64,000 nucleotides of DNA, taken from Escherichia phage vB_EcoM_LNA2. Made by a program: the position numbers and the translations under genes. Under the pieces are notes generated by a model. It did no database searches, was not told the DNA's origin, and was given only the letters and a program-made list of their open reading frames with translations. Each line of letters begins with the position of its first letter. Position 1 is the first letter of the stretch. Shown here piece after piece: positions 37,644 to 46,128 of this stretch. The stretch is taken from the sequence record MZ311865.1. One strand, written 5' to 3'.

Positions 37644-37841
37644 TTAATCAATTACAAAGATTGCTTTGTCACCATTTATATCTGTGACTTCATACGTAGT
37701 GCCTTCATACTGTGGAATATTCCAAATTACACCATCATTAGCTTTTACGCTAATATGGCATTGGTGTTTTGAAACAACTTCATAATCTTCAAAACTTGTA
37801 AAAACACTAATTTTAGAACCAGTGCAAATTGCAGTAGTCAT
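37644..37841 (-). CDS. hypothetical protein
   Basis: 65-aa ORF. Confidence 0.4.
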   Translation of the reverse strand: MTTAICTGSKISVFTSFEDYEVVSKHQCHISVKANDGVIWNIPQYEGTTYEVTDINGDKAIFVID

Positions 37842-37842
37842 T

Positions 37843-38502
37843 TTAACCTCGATTCATAAATGCATTAAATATTTGGTCATCAACAGAAATTTCTAATTCG
37901 ACTTCAATTGTTTCAGCCTTTTCTTCAGGTGGTAATTCGTATCCACACACTACAATTTTTTCATCGATATCAAAATATACAGAAGCAATACGATTAATGT
38001 TACTTTCAGTTAAGTCTAAATCAACATCAACATCTTTTTGACCTACACTTAAAGGATAACTAATACGGGTTATTTTATTATCTTTAACAAAGAGTCCACC
38101 GACATACTCTGTACTACGTTTGAAGTTTACACGTTTCCGAAATGAAAGATATGATGCATCTTTACCGTGAGCTCGGCTCATAGGACATAATGAATAGCTA
38201 GAATAAGAGATGTCAAATCCTACACCTTCAATATGAGCCAACGCGTCATGATTAAACCAATTATAATCATATGCCAAATCCATTATATTGTAATATGTGA
38301 AAGGCACCGGATTAACATCATACGTTGTACCTTTAAAATCTGCCCAGGCAACGATTTCGTTATCTTTAACAATTACAAAAATTACACCAATATGGTATCC
38401 GTTATTATTTTCGTTAGGCGTTATATTATAACATTGTGCATTAGGAAATTTACCATATTTAAATGGCGCATTTTTGTGCATATAATAAATCATATTATTC
38501 AC
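37843..38502 (-). CDS. hypothetical protein
   Basis: 219-aa ORF between sp and 61. Confidence 0.5.
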   Translation of the reverse strand: MNNMIYYMHKNAPFKYGKFPNAQCYNITPNENNNGYHIGVIFVIVKDNEIVAWADFKGTTYDVNPVPFTYYNIMDLAYDYNWFNHDALAHIEGVGFDISYSSYSLCPMSRAHGKDASYLSFRKRVNFKRSTEYVGGLFVKDNKITRISYPLSVGQKDVDVDLDLTESNINRIASVYFDIDEKIVVCGYELPPEEKAETIEVELEISVDDQIFNAFMNRG

Positions 38503-38788
38503 CTGTGATTTCGGTTACGATATCTTTGTTATCGAAATTAGGGTCACAATACAAAACATAATTGTACTGCATGATACCACCAGACTTAAGTTGTTCAACA
38601 ACTTTATTAACCATATTAGGACGGTCTCGTTTAGTGATGTTCATGATATCAGAGAAGATTTGTTGTTCAACATCTTCTTGATTTGCAGTCATTGACCACT
38701 CACAGAGGTCTTTATCATAACCTGCTGTAACTGGAGCCGGTGCACATGATACTGCAAGTAAGATTGCTGCCAATGATAACTTTTTCAT
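38495..38788 (-). CDS. sp: Spackle periplasmic protein (Sp)
   Basis: 97 aa; signal peptide MKKLSLAAILLAVSCA; GYDKDLCEWSMTA...SGG.MQYNYVLYCD matches recalled T4 Sp. Confidence 0.8.
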   Translation of the reverse strand: MKKLSLAAILLAVSCAPAPVTAGYDKDLCEWSMTANQEDVEQQIFSDIMNITKRDRPNMVNKVVEQLKSGGIMQYNYVLYCDPNFDNKDIVTEITGE

Positions 38789-38817
38789 TTTAACTCCTTA
38801 GTTGATTTGATAGGACT

Positions 38818-38847
38818 ACTATACTATAGTCCATCTATAATGTAAAC
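38818..38847 (-). promoter_or_regulatory. T4-type early promoter (GTTTAC-N18-TATAGT) within stem-loop
   Basis: Minus strand GTTTACattatagatggactatagTATAGT; plus GGACTA/TAGTCC inverted repeat. Confidence 0.5.
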
Positions 38848-38851
38848 AAGT

Positions 38852-39100
38852 TTATTCTTTTTCGCGAATAATAATTACTTGTTGAGGCTGCTGAGCAGAT
38901 TTCTTTTCGGCAACGATAGACCAAATTAAAGTTCCAATCCAACCAATCATCGTCCAGTTAAAGAGTAAAGATACAAAGAAGATTGCTGTTGTGCTTTTTG
39001 TGCCACGAATAAGTGCGATTACCCAAGGCAACATGTAAATGATGATTGAACCAATACCTGCGATTAAAACTGCTACTGAACTAGCTACGAATAATTCCAT
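38852..39100 (-). CDS. superinfection-immunity (Imm)-like membrane protein
   Basis: 82 aa, two TM segments, motif LIRGTK...LLFNWTMIGWIGTLIWS resembling Imm family. Confidence 0.5.
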   Translation of the reverse strand: MELFVASSVAVLIAGIGSIIIYMLPWVIALIRGTKSTTAIFFVSLLFNWTMIGWIGTLIWSIVAEKKSAQQPQQVIIIREKE

Positions 39101-39161
39101 GTTAATTTCCTCTTGATTTGTTATGTTTATAATATCTTGTTTTAACTTTGGTGTAAACCAA

Positions 39162-39530
39162 TTAATTAAATTTGTTTAAACGTTCAATACACTGGACGTA
39201 GTTATTTGCGATTTGTTTCTGGGTAGGCTCTTTACCAGTTGTTTCAACATAGCGAATGAATGCGATTTCAGTAGCCTGTAGACAATGTTCTTTAACGCGT
39301 TGTTCTTTTGACAATGCTACAGTATCAGAGTCACGATAACGTTGAGCATGGGCATCAGCTTGAATCATTCGATTACCTACAGTAACCGGGTCTTCCACTT
39401 CAACTTTAGGTTGGTCGTACTGTTTAACATTCGGATTGTAAATCAGTTGGCCAACGTTATTAGGGATAAAGCCATGGGCACCACATCCGGTTAATCCAAA
39501 TACCATTGTTAAAGCGATTAATTTTTTCAT
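39162..39530 (-). CDS. putative lipoprotein
   Basis: 122 aa; signal peptide with lipobox LTGC (MKKLIALTMVFGLTGC). Confidence 0.55.
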   Translation of the reverse strand: MKKLIALTMVFGLTGCGAHGFIPNNVGQLIYNPNVKQYDQPKVEVEDPVTVGNRMIQADAHAQRYRDSDTVALSKEQRVKEHCLQATEIAFIRYVETTGKEPTQKQIANNYVQCIERLNKFN

Positions 39531-39559
39531 TTTAATTTCCTCTGTAGTTGATAGAAAGA

Positions 39560-39589
39560 TAGTAACATAGTATGTGGTGCTTGTAAACA
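39560..39589 (-). promoter_or_regulatory. T4-type early promoter (GTTTAC-N18-TACTAT)
   Basis: Minus strand GTTTACaagcaccacatactatgtTACTAT upstream of lipoprotein gene. Confidence 0.45.
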
Positions 39590-39601
39590 GTTATTTTAAA
39601 A

Positions 39602-39790
39602 TTATCGAAAATCTGCTTCGAAAACTTTCTCGTCATTAACAAATGCTTTAACTAATGCGTTGTTCACTTCAGCAAGTTGTACCGTAACCCACTCGATTTC
39701 TTCGCGATCACCTGATAACATGATATCTTTAGTGAACATCTCACCGCTTTTAAACCAACCGATAAAAGTAACTTTAGTTAATTTGCTCAT
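39602..39790 (-). CDS. dmd: Dmd antitoxin (discriminator of mRNA degradation)
   Basis: Track ORF 39602..39811; from internal ATG 39788-39790: MSKLTKVTFIGWFKSGEMFTKDI...VNNALVKAFVNDEKVFEADFR matches recalled T4 Dmd. Confidence 0.75.
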   Translation of the reverse strand: MSKLTKVTFIGWFKSGEMFTKDIMLSGDREEIEWVTVQLAEVNNALVKAFVNDEKVFEADFR

Positions 39791-40104
39791 ATTTCCTCGC
39801 AAAATGCCCATTCAGCGTGATAAACTGTAGCACCTTTAGTATCATTCATTTGAACTACGTCTACCGGAGAAATTACTCGATAGAGACGTGGTTCACCTCC
39901 ATAAGAGCGTGCTGCTCGTCCTGCATAAATCTTTGCTAAACCGATATCTTCAGTAAAGAATACACGATCCAAGTTTTTCTTACGTCCAGTTTCAGACAGA
40001 ACTCCTGTTTCCTCAGGAGGACAAAGCATGTTTTCGATGTTAGCTGAACTACTTGAACCGTGATAAAAAATCTTAAATTCTGCTTTACAATCGATGGTTT
40101 TCAT
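39787..40104 (-). CDS. hypothetical accessory protein (105 aa)
   Basis: ORF between 41 and dmd with no remembered T4 counterpart; contains FYHGSS...KIYAGRA...E. Confidence 0.45.
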   Translation of the reverse strand: MKTIDCKAEFKIFYHGSSSSANIENMLCPPEETGVLSETGRKKNLDRVFFTEDIGLAKIYAGRAARSYGGEPRLYRVISPVDVVQMNDTKGATVYHAEWAFCEEI

Positions 40105-40129
40105 TTTGTTCTCCAGTAGTTGATAGGTC

Positions 40130-40159
40130 TATAATAACACAACTACTGGAGAAGTAAAC
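40130..40159 (-). promoter_or_regulatory. T4-type early promoter (GTTTAC-N18-ATTATA)
   Basis: Minus strand GTTTACttctccagtagttgtgttATTATAGACC. Confidence 0.45.
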
Positions 40160-40534
40160 TTAAAAACGTAATTTAGATATATCTGCGTTGATTTCGGTTT
40201 GGTTTGCGTCGTATGCAATTAAACGAACAGCTTTAGATGGATCATTCAATGCATAGAAATGATGGAACATTGCTCGAACGATATCACCATTTACGAGTTC
40301 TACCTGGATAGGAGAACCTTTTTCGAGTTGGAAATGTTCATAGGCTTTGATGGTTCGCAGATAATCAAGTTTTTGATTTCCGGCTCCAACAATTTGTACG
40401 ATACGTTTGCCCATGTTTTCCATACGAGATACAATAGTTTTAGGAGCAAGAATAACGTAGGTTGCCAGCGGAGAAACTACTTCAACAGTGGTGTTTTCGG
40501 TGATTGCAGTAAAAATTGCTTGAGACATATTCAT
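40160..40534 (-). CDS. hypothetical accessory protein (124 aa)
   Basis: ORF immediately downstream of gene 41 on minus strand. Confidence 0.45.
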   Translation of the reverse strand: MNMSQAIFTAITENTTVEVVSPLATYVILAPKTIVSRMENMGKRIVQIVGAGNQKLDYLRTIKAYEHFQLEKGSPIQVELVNGDIVRAMFHHFYALNDPSKAVRLIAYDANQTEINADISKLRF

Positions 40535-40563
40535 AATGTTTTCCTCTTGGTTTGTGTAAGTAC

Positions 40564-40593
40564 ATCATATCATGCCTAGAGGAAGATGTAAAC
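40564..40593 (-). promoter_or_regulatory. T4-type early promoter (GTTTAC-N18-TATGAT)
   Basis: Minus strand GTTTACatcttcctctaggcatgaTATGAT directly after gene-41 hairpin. Confidence 0.4.
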
Positions 40594-40599
40594 CCCGAA

Positions 40600-40617
40600 A
40601 GGAGACCGAAGTCTCCT
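40600..40617 (-). terminator. UUCG-tetraloop RNA hairpin after gene 41 (no U-run)
   Basis: Plus AGGAGAC-CGAA-GTCTCCT; 5 nt after gene 41 stop on minus strand. Confidence 0.4.
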
Positions 40618-40622
40618 TTTTG

Positions 40623-42065
40623 TTAAAATTTTAACTCATTGGCTAAGCTATCTAGGTCAGCACGTGTTGCTTTGGCTTTACCTACGCGTTCCGTACGATT
40701 CACCTCTGCCTGACGCATCTGAGCACCTGCGTTTTCATTTACTGTGTTAGGTGTGTTCATGCCTTCTTGCTCAATCTCAACCCATTTCTGGTTGCCTTTA
40801 CGTACACCCATCAGGAATTTATTCCACTTATTCTTATCACCATATCGTGATTTGATTTGTTTGATAAGTTGTTGTTCAGCTTGTGCAAGTTCTTCGGTTT
40901 CAATTACGGCCAACATGAAATCTGCTGTTGCTGGTAAACCTGCTGATTCTGCAATATCGCTCATGTTCATATCCGAAGCATCCCATGCTGCACGTCCTAC
41001 TTGAGCTGCAGTCCATAGAACTGTTTCAGATTCTACTGCTAATGCACGAAGTTCTTCTGCGATAGCTTTAACTAATGTGTAGCTATTTTCAGTGTAAACT
41101 CTGATACGACAAGACCCACAAATACCTAAGTAATCAACCATGATTACAGATGGCACAAAGTTCTTCTTGAGTTTCAATTCATTAAGCAATGCACGGAATG
41201 TATTAGCATTAGCTCCGCCAGTAGGATACTGTTTAACTACTAAACGTCCTAATGTGGATTTTGAACGCCATTTTTCCATCTTGGCTTTATATTCAGCATA
41301 AGATACGTTACCATCATCAATATCATCGAGTGATACATCAAGCATGTTTGCATCTATACGCTTAGCACAAACTTCTTCGGCCATTTCCATGGAAATATAA
41401 AGAACATTATGACCTGTTTGAAGATAATCTGCAGCAAGTGAACAAAGGCCTAAAGATTTACCAACGTTAACACCAGCCATTAAAACATTCAGCGTACCGG
41501 TTTCAGCACCACCTTTAGTGATTTTATTCAGAATGTTTAATTTGAACGGGACCTTACGTGCTTTATTTAGATAAGAAAGCCAGCGTGCTTCATAGTCTTC
41601 CATCCAGTCATGTCCAACATAACTATCAAACGAAATTGAAAGTGCTTGACGCATAATATCAGGAATAGCTCCTACGTCAGGCATTTTCTTGTTACGTTGT
41701 TCTGGAGGTAGTTCAGCATTAGACTGAATCTCAATGATTTTGGACGTAGCGTTATACATCGCTTTTTGCTGGACATATTTCTCAGTTTCTTTAACCAACC
41801 ATTCGTGGTCTTCAGGAGTATCAGCCAATTTTTCAATTAGGTCTGAAGTTCCTTTATATTCAGCTTCAGTTAAAGAACTGTTATCTAAAGCCACCTTTAA
41901 TGCATTGATAGACGGCATTGCATTATATTCGTTAACGTGGCTCTTTATAATTTTAAAGACATTTTTTGCCGGTCCACGCTCAAAATACTCAGAATCCATA
42001 TAAGGCCAGACCTTAGAAAAATAAGCCTGGTCATATACTAGATGAGACAAAATAATTTCTACCAC
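40623..42065 (-). CDS. 41: replicative DNA helicase gp41 (DnaB-like)
   Basis: 480 aa; Walker A GVNVGKS, RecA-like core; position and size as T4 gp41. Confidence 0.9.
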   Translation of the reverse strand: MVEIILSHLVYDQAYFSKVWPYMDSEYFERGPAKNVFKIIKSHVNEYNAMPSINALKVALDNSSLTEAEYKGTSDLIEKLADTPEDHEWLVKETEKYVQQKAMYNATSKIIEIQSNAELPPEQRNKKMPDVGAIPDIMRQALSISFDSYVGHDWMEDYEARWLSYLNKARKVPFKLNILNKITKGGAETGTLNVLMAGVNVGKSLGLCSLAADYLQTGHNVLYISMEMAEEVCAKRIDANMLDVSLDDIDDGNVSYAEYKAKMEKWRSKSTLGRLVVKQYPTGGANANTFRALLNELKLKKNFVPSVIMVDYLGICGSCRIRVYTENSYTLVKAIAEELRALAVESETVLWTAAQVGRAAWDASDMNMSDIAESAGLPATADFMLAVIETEELAQAEQQLIKQIKSRYGDKNKWNKFLMGVRKGNQKWVEIEQEGMNTPNTVNENAGAQMRQAEVNRTERVGKAKATRADLDSLANELKF

Positions 42066-42074
42066 GATAACTCC

Positions 42075-42437
42075 TTAAAAGAATTTAAATTTTTTCTTGG
42101 TCCGTTCATTAAAAGCTTGTTGTACTTGCATTGTAATACATTTTTCAACATGCGGTGCAAGTTCTGCTTTTCTGTCCTGGTCAAGAACTGCAAAGTCCAT
42201 TACGATTTTACCATCAACCCAGTCTAGTTTTGTAATATAGACTATATGATGAGAACCATCTTCAAGTGTAATCAGAATCTCTTGAATGACATTTTCCATT
42301 GCTGAACGGATAATTTTAAGAGATTCATTAAACACTCGTTCTTTGCGAATGTCTTCCCCTTCCGAAGAAGGGGATTCATCAACGATTTCTAGATTTAAAT
42401 CATCGAGATTATTCATCGAAATCTTCCATTTCATCAA
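42075..42437 (-). CDS. 40: gp40-like head vertex assembly chaperone candidate
   Basis: 120-aa ORF between uvsX and 41 as T4 gene 40; assignment by synteny only. Confidence 0.45.
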   Translation of the reverse strand: MMKWKISMNNLDDLNLEIVDESPSSEGEDIRKERVFNESLKIIRSAMENVIQEILITLEDGSHHIVYITKLDWVDGKIVMDFAVLDQDRKAELAPHVEKCITMQVQQAFNERTKKKFKFF

Positions 42438-43581
42438 GGTCGTTTTCTATATCTGCTGCAGACGGAGCATCAGAAGTTTTAACCGGAACTTTAGTTGTTG
42501 CTTTGCAATTAATAAGGTCATTAACAGCGTCATCAACTTCTTTAATAGAAGAGATAGCACCTAGTTTATATTTAGTTTCAATTGCATCTCGGAAAGGTTT
42601 GTGTTTAAACAAAGGTCCCCAGAATTCTACACAATCAGTAGCTTTAGCACGCCATGATTTTTCTTCACGAATCATTTCGCCAGTTTCTTCGTCAAGGAAT
42701 TCACGAGCATACCAACCAGCTTTAGGCTTAACTACAAAACCAATTTCAGTTGCCATTTCTAACAAGCCACTGAATGGGTCGATACCACCATCAAAATTAA
42801 CAGTGATTGGGAAAGTAGATTTTTCTTTAACGGTGCGAGATTTTTCCGCTTTCAACGTGAAGTCATAACCGGTCAATTCTGTACCTTCTTTAACCTGACG
42901 TTTAGAGATAAAAAATACCGTGTTGGCAGAATAAAGAATACCTGTACCACCACCCATAATCTCTTTAGGATACAATCCGCCGATTTCCATTGCTGTATGG
43001 TTGATTGCAACACATGGAATATCTTTAATAGTCAGATAAGGAGTCACAATGCGGAACAGAGATTTAAGTGCCTTAGCACGAGACATATCACCTACAACTT
43101 TCTCGTTCAATGCATCTTCAGTTTCTTTCTTAGATGCAGTATTACCGATTGAATCGATAAAGATAATAACTTTATCACCGCGTTCAATCGCGTCAAGCTG
43201 ATTAGTCATATCAACTTTAAGTTGTTCGACAGATTGAATCGGAGTATGAACTACACGGTCTAAATCAACACCCATTGAACGAAAATAAGATTCTGAAGCA
43301 CCAAATTCAGAATCATAGAACAAACAAATTGCATCTTTATATTTCTTCATATATGCTGCAACCATGGTCAGCCCAAACAACGTTTTAAAGTGTTTAGAAG
43401 GAGCAGCAAAAATAGTTAAGCCTGATTGCAACCCGGCATTCAGTGCACCACCTAATGCAATATTCAACATCGGAATACGAGTAGGGACTTCATCACGATT
43501 ATTAAACAGCTTAGACTTAGTCAAGTCTGCAGTCATTTTAGAAGTAGAAGCTTTAATCAGACGAGATTTTAAATCAGACAT
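42409..43581 (-). CDS. uvsX: UvsX recombinase (RecA-like)
   Basis: 390 aa; MSDLKSRLIKASTSK...KNGWYAREFLDEETGEMIREEKSWRAK...FWGPLFKH.PFRDAI matches recalled T4 UvsX. Confidence 0.9.
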   Translation of the reverse strand: MSDLKSRLIKASTSKMTADLTKSKLFNNRDEVPTRIPMLNIALGGALNAGLQSGLTIFAAPSKHFKTLFGLTMVAAYMKKYKDAICLFYDSEFGASESYFRSMGVDLDRVVHTPIQSVEQLKVDMTNQLDAIERGDKVIIFIDSIGNTASKKETEDALNEKVVGDMSRAKALKSLFRIVTPYLTIKDIPCVAINHTAMEIGGLYPKEIMGGGTGILYSANTVFFISKRQVKEGTELTGYDFTLKAEKSRTVKEKSTFPITVNFDGGIDPFSGLLEMATEIGFVVKPKAGWYAREFLDEETGEMIREEKSWRAKATDCVEFWGPLFKHKPFRDAIETKYKLGAISSIKEVDDAVNDLINCKATTKVPVKTSDAPSAADIENDLDEMEDFDE

Positions 43582-43680
43582 TGTATTTTTCCATAGGCAT
43601 CATTATATTTTACTCATGTTTAAAAGATAAGACGATTATATAATAAGGGTTATACAGCATTTAAAACTTTAAACAGGCTC

Positions 43681-44229
43681 TTAACGAGCCCATTTGATAA
43701 TTTCTGTAATCAAATTATTACGTTCGCTTGCATTAAATCCTATAACTTTGTTAGCACCATCATGATTAAGTAATTGATACGTTTGGATTTCGTTATGAAT
43801 TGCAAACTCTTCAAAATATGAAATGACTGTATTAAAACCAAATGAAGACAAAGTAATAAGGTCGTCTTCAAAACTTTCAGTCATTTCGTTACGTGTTAAA
43901 ATAATTGTGAACACATCATGGTTTTGGCAAAGACGAACATAGTCCTGTTCATAAACGTCAAGAACCGAGTCCGCATCTTGTCGAATACGTCCGTAAACCC
44001 AGTTACTAATATATCCACGGTCTAATAGATAAATCTTAGTAGGGTCTAAATAATTCAACATCGTTTCGAAACAGCCAACTTCATTTCGAGACTTAACATC
44101 GAAACGTCCATCAACTGTTCGTTTAGGGAAATCAATCTTTACATATCTTTCACTAATTTCCATTATGTCATTAATGAAAGTTGTTTTACCAGCATTATCT
44201 GGGCCATCTACTAAAATAATTTTAGCCAT
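43681..44229 (-). CDS. P-loop NTPase / small kinase-like protein
   Basis: 182 aa; Walker A LVDGPDNAGKTT at N-terminus; occupies T4 uvsX-beta-gt interval. Confidence 0.5.
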   Translation of the reverse strand: MAKIILVDGPDNAGKTTFINDIMEISERYVKIDFPKRTVDGRFDVKSRNEVGCFETMLNYLDPTKIYLLDRGYISNWVYGRIRQDADSVLDVYEQDYVRLCQNHDVFTIILTRNEMTESFEDDLITLSSFGFNTVISYFEEFAIHNEIQTYQLLNHDGANKVIGFNASERNNLITEIIKWAR

Positions 44230-44230
44230 T

Positions 44231-45130
44231 TTATTCCTCGATTACGACATCTTCATATTTAGGTATATTATACGGTGAAGAAATTAAAGCGTTAAAGTAG
44301 ATGAACTCACCAAGACCTGGATGGAATACTTCTTCAGGATTTTCGAAATATTGAATTTTCGGACGTCCTTTAAGAATTTGATAGTACTCAGTTTTAGTTG
44401 GTTTAAAAATTCGAATCAACGCTTCTTCAGGATACTTATTTCTGTCGAAGCTATTATTTGGATCGGTTATATAAAGCGGTTGACCTAATTGAATTGCGCA
44501 TTCAACAACTTGTTCAAAACGATAGCATGGGTCACTAATTCGAAATGGATGAAAAATACCATCTAGATGAATAGGAGCCAAATCACCTACAAGACGCTGC
44601 ATGATGGAAGGACGTATAACTTTCTGCGTTACGATAATCTTATTACCATCTGCACCAGCGTTAACCAGCACTTCTTTTTGACGTTCATTCAACACAGTAG
44701 TTTGAAGTGAACGATTAACCGACAACATATCGGTTTTTAAGAATTCGTCAATATAAAAACGTGGTTTATTAGGGTCTGCAGTGATATTGAAATTGAATTC
44801 CGCATCAAAAGCGCCGTCATATCCAGTGATATCTGTGATTAGAAAATCACAGTCATAATAAGCAATTAATGAATCAACCACAAATTCATTTTCAGACCAG
44901 AAATATTTACGAGTGTTATACGCGTTATCTTTATACCATAATGGAACAAACTTAAATTCTGGAAAAAGACGTTCGCATTCTTTAATATCAGATGCATTAC
45001 GTGGATATGTAATCACATCACCCGGATTAGCACGGTGCAAATGAAGTTGGAAGTTGCCATCCTTAAGGATAGCATACTGTCCAGTTTCATAAGACCGCAT
45101 ACTCAAGATAGGTACGCGGAAAATAGCCAT
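44231..45130 (-). CDS. hypothetical protein in beta-glucosyltransferase slot
   Basis: 299 aa between uvsX and gene 42 where T4 has beta-gt; no resemblance to recalled T4 beta-gt. Confidence 0.5.
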   Translation of the reverse strand: MAIFRVPILSMRSYETGQYAILKDGNFQLHLHRANPGDVITYPRNASDIKECERLFPEFKFVPLWYKDNAYNTRKYFWSENEFVVDSLIAYYDCDFLITDITGYDGAFDAEFNFNITADPNKPRFYIDEFLKTDMLSVNRSLQTTVLNERQKEVLVNAGADGNKIIVTQKVIRPSIMQRLVGDLAPIHLDGIFHPFRISDPCYRFEQVVECAIQLGQPLYITDPNNSFDRNKYPEEALIRIFKPTKTEYYQILKGRPKIQYFENPEEVFHPGLGEFIYFNALISSPYNIPKYEDVVIEE

Positions 45131-45846
45131 TAGTCAAGGAATCCTTTAACATAATCAAAATCACGTTCAAACACATGGGCACTTACCATGGTATGAGTAT
45201 AATCACCAACTTCTACACCACATTCTTTAGCGATATAATGAAGTAATTTTCCTTGGAGATAAAAATCCAACTGCATAACAACAGCACAGTTCTGAGAACG
45301 CATATGACAGTGGGTATAAAGCTTACCATCACGAATATAATAAGTCACTGAGTCAGTACATGGATATTCAAGTGTTTCGTCCGAATCAAGCAAAGCCTGA
45401 TCAGAACTTTCTAGAATTTGGAACACAACTCTTCGAGAGTTAGGCTTCTCTTTAAGTTCTTTTAGAAGAGCTGGTAATTGGGCCGCAATGCGAGGACCAT
45501 AGAAAGTGTTGAAGTTCGCCGGCAAAACATCTGATTTTGGTTTAGAAATAAATTTAGCGACATTAGGATATGCCTTAAACGCTTCTTCTGCGTTGGTACC
45601 ACCAGAAATCATAAACTTCCAGAAGTCTTCGGCATATTCATAAGAGATGCGGTTAATACGTGGGTCGGTCATTTTGAATGATGATGGAGTGTCAACAACT
45701 ACTGTCATAGACCCAATTTCATTACAACGTCCAATACGAGAATCAGTTACGAATTCCGGGTTTTCTAAAATTTCACGATTGACAGCTTTAAATGCGGATT
45801 GAAAATCTGCGGCTTTAATATATTTCATTGTGTTATGTTTTCCCAT
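45130..45846 (-). CDS. 42: dCMP hydroxymethylase gp42 (thymidylate-synthase fold)
   Basis: 238 aa; YPCTDSVTYYIRDGKLYTHCHMRSQN resembles TS/dCH catalytic-Cys region; conserved position. Confidence 0.75.
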   Translation of the reverse strand: MGKHNTMKYIKAADFQSAFKAVNREILENPEFVTDSRIGRCNEIGSMTVVVDTPSSFKMTDPRINRISYEYAEDFWKFMISGGTNAEEAFKAYPNVAKFISKPKSDVLPANFNTFYGPRIAAQLPALLKELKEKPNSRRVVFQILESSDQALLDSDETLEYPCTDSVTYYIRDGKLYTHCHMRSQNCAVVMQLDFYLQGKLLHYIAKECGVEVGDYTHTMVSAHVFERDFDYVKGFLD

Positions 45847-45978
45847 GTTTACCTCAATACAATTTATTATATACTCAATTCATAAAGCTTATTTGAATTT
45901 CTTAGCGATGTTGATATAACGTAAAGCTTCAGCATCGATATTTCCAAGAACACTATGAAGAAATGCATCAGCGTAGTA

Positions 45979-46128
45979 TTACAGTTGAACAGGTTCTTTA
46001 ATCACTTTAGCCGCTTTAGTTTCAAACAGGCCCATCAGGGCCTTTTTAAGAATTTGTTCGTTAGTGTTCAGTTTCGTAGTCAAAATCTCTTCATTAAGTT
46101 GGTGGTTAAAAGTTTTTCTAGAAATCAT
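45979..46128 (-). CDS. small protein (49 aa) coupled to Cys-rich enzyme gene
   Basis: Hand-translated MISRKTFNHQLNEEILTTKLNTNEQILKKALMGLFETKAAKVIKEPVQL; ATGA overlap with upstream gene. Confidence 0.3.
   Translation of the reverse strand: MISRKTFNHQLNEEILTTKLNTNEQILKKALMGLFETKAAKVIKEPVQL

Noticed and set aside
39787-40104. 105-aa ORF as an ADP-ribosyltransferase toxin
   Set aside because: Only a loose H-G-S / Y / E pattern and the protein is too short for a complete ART fold; kept as speculation only
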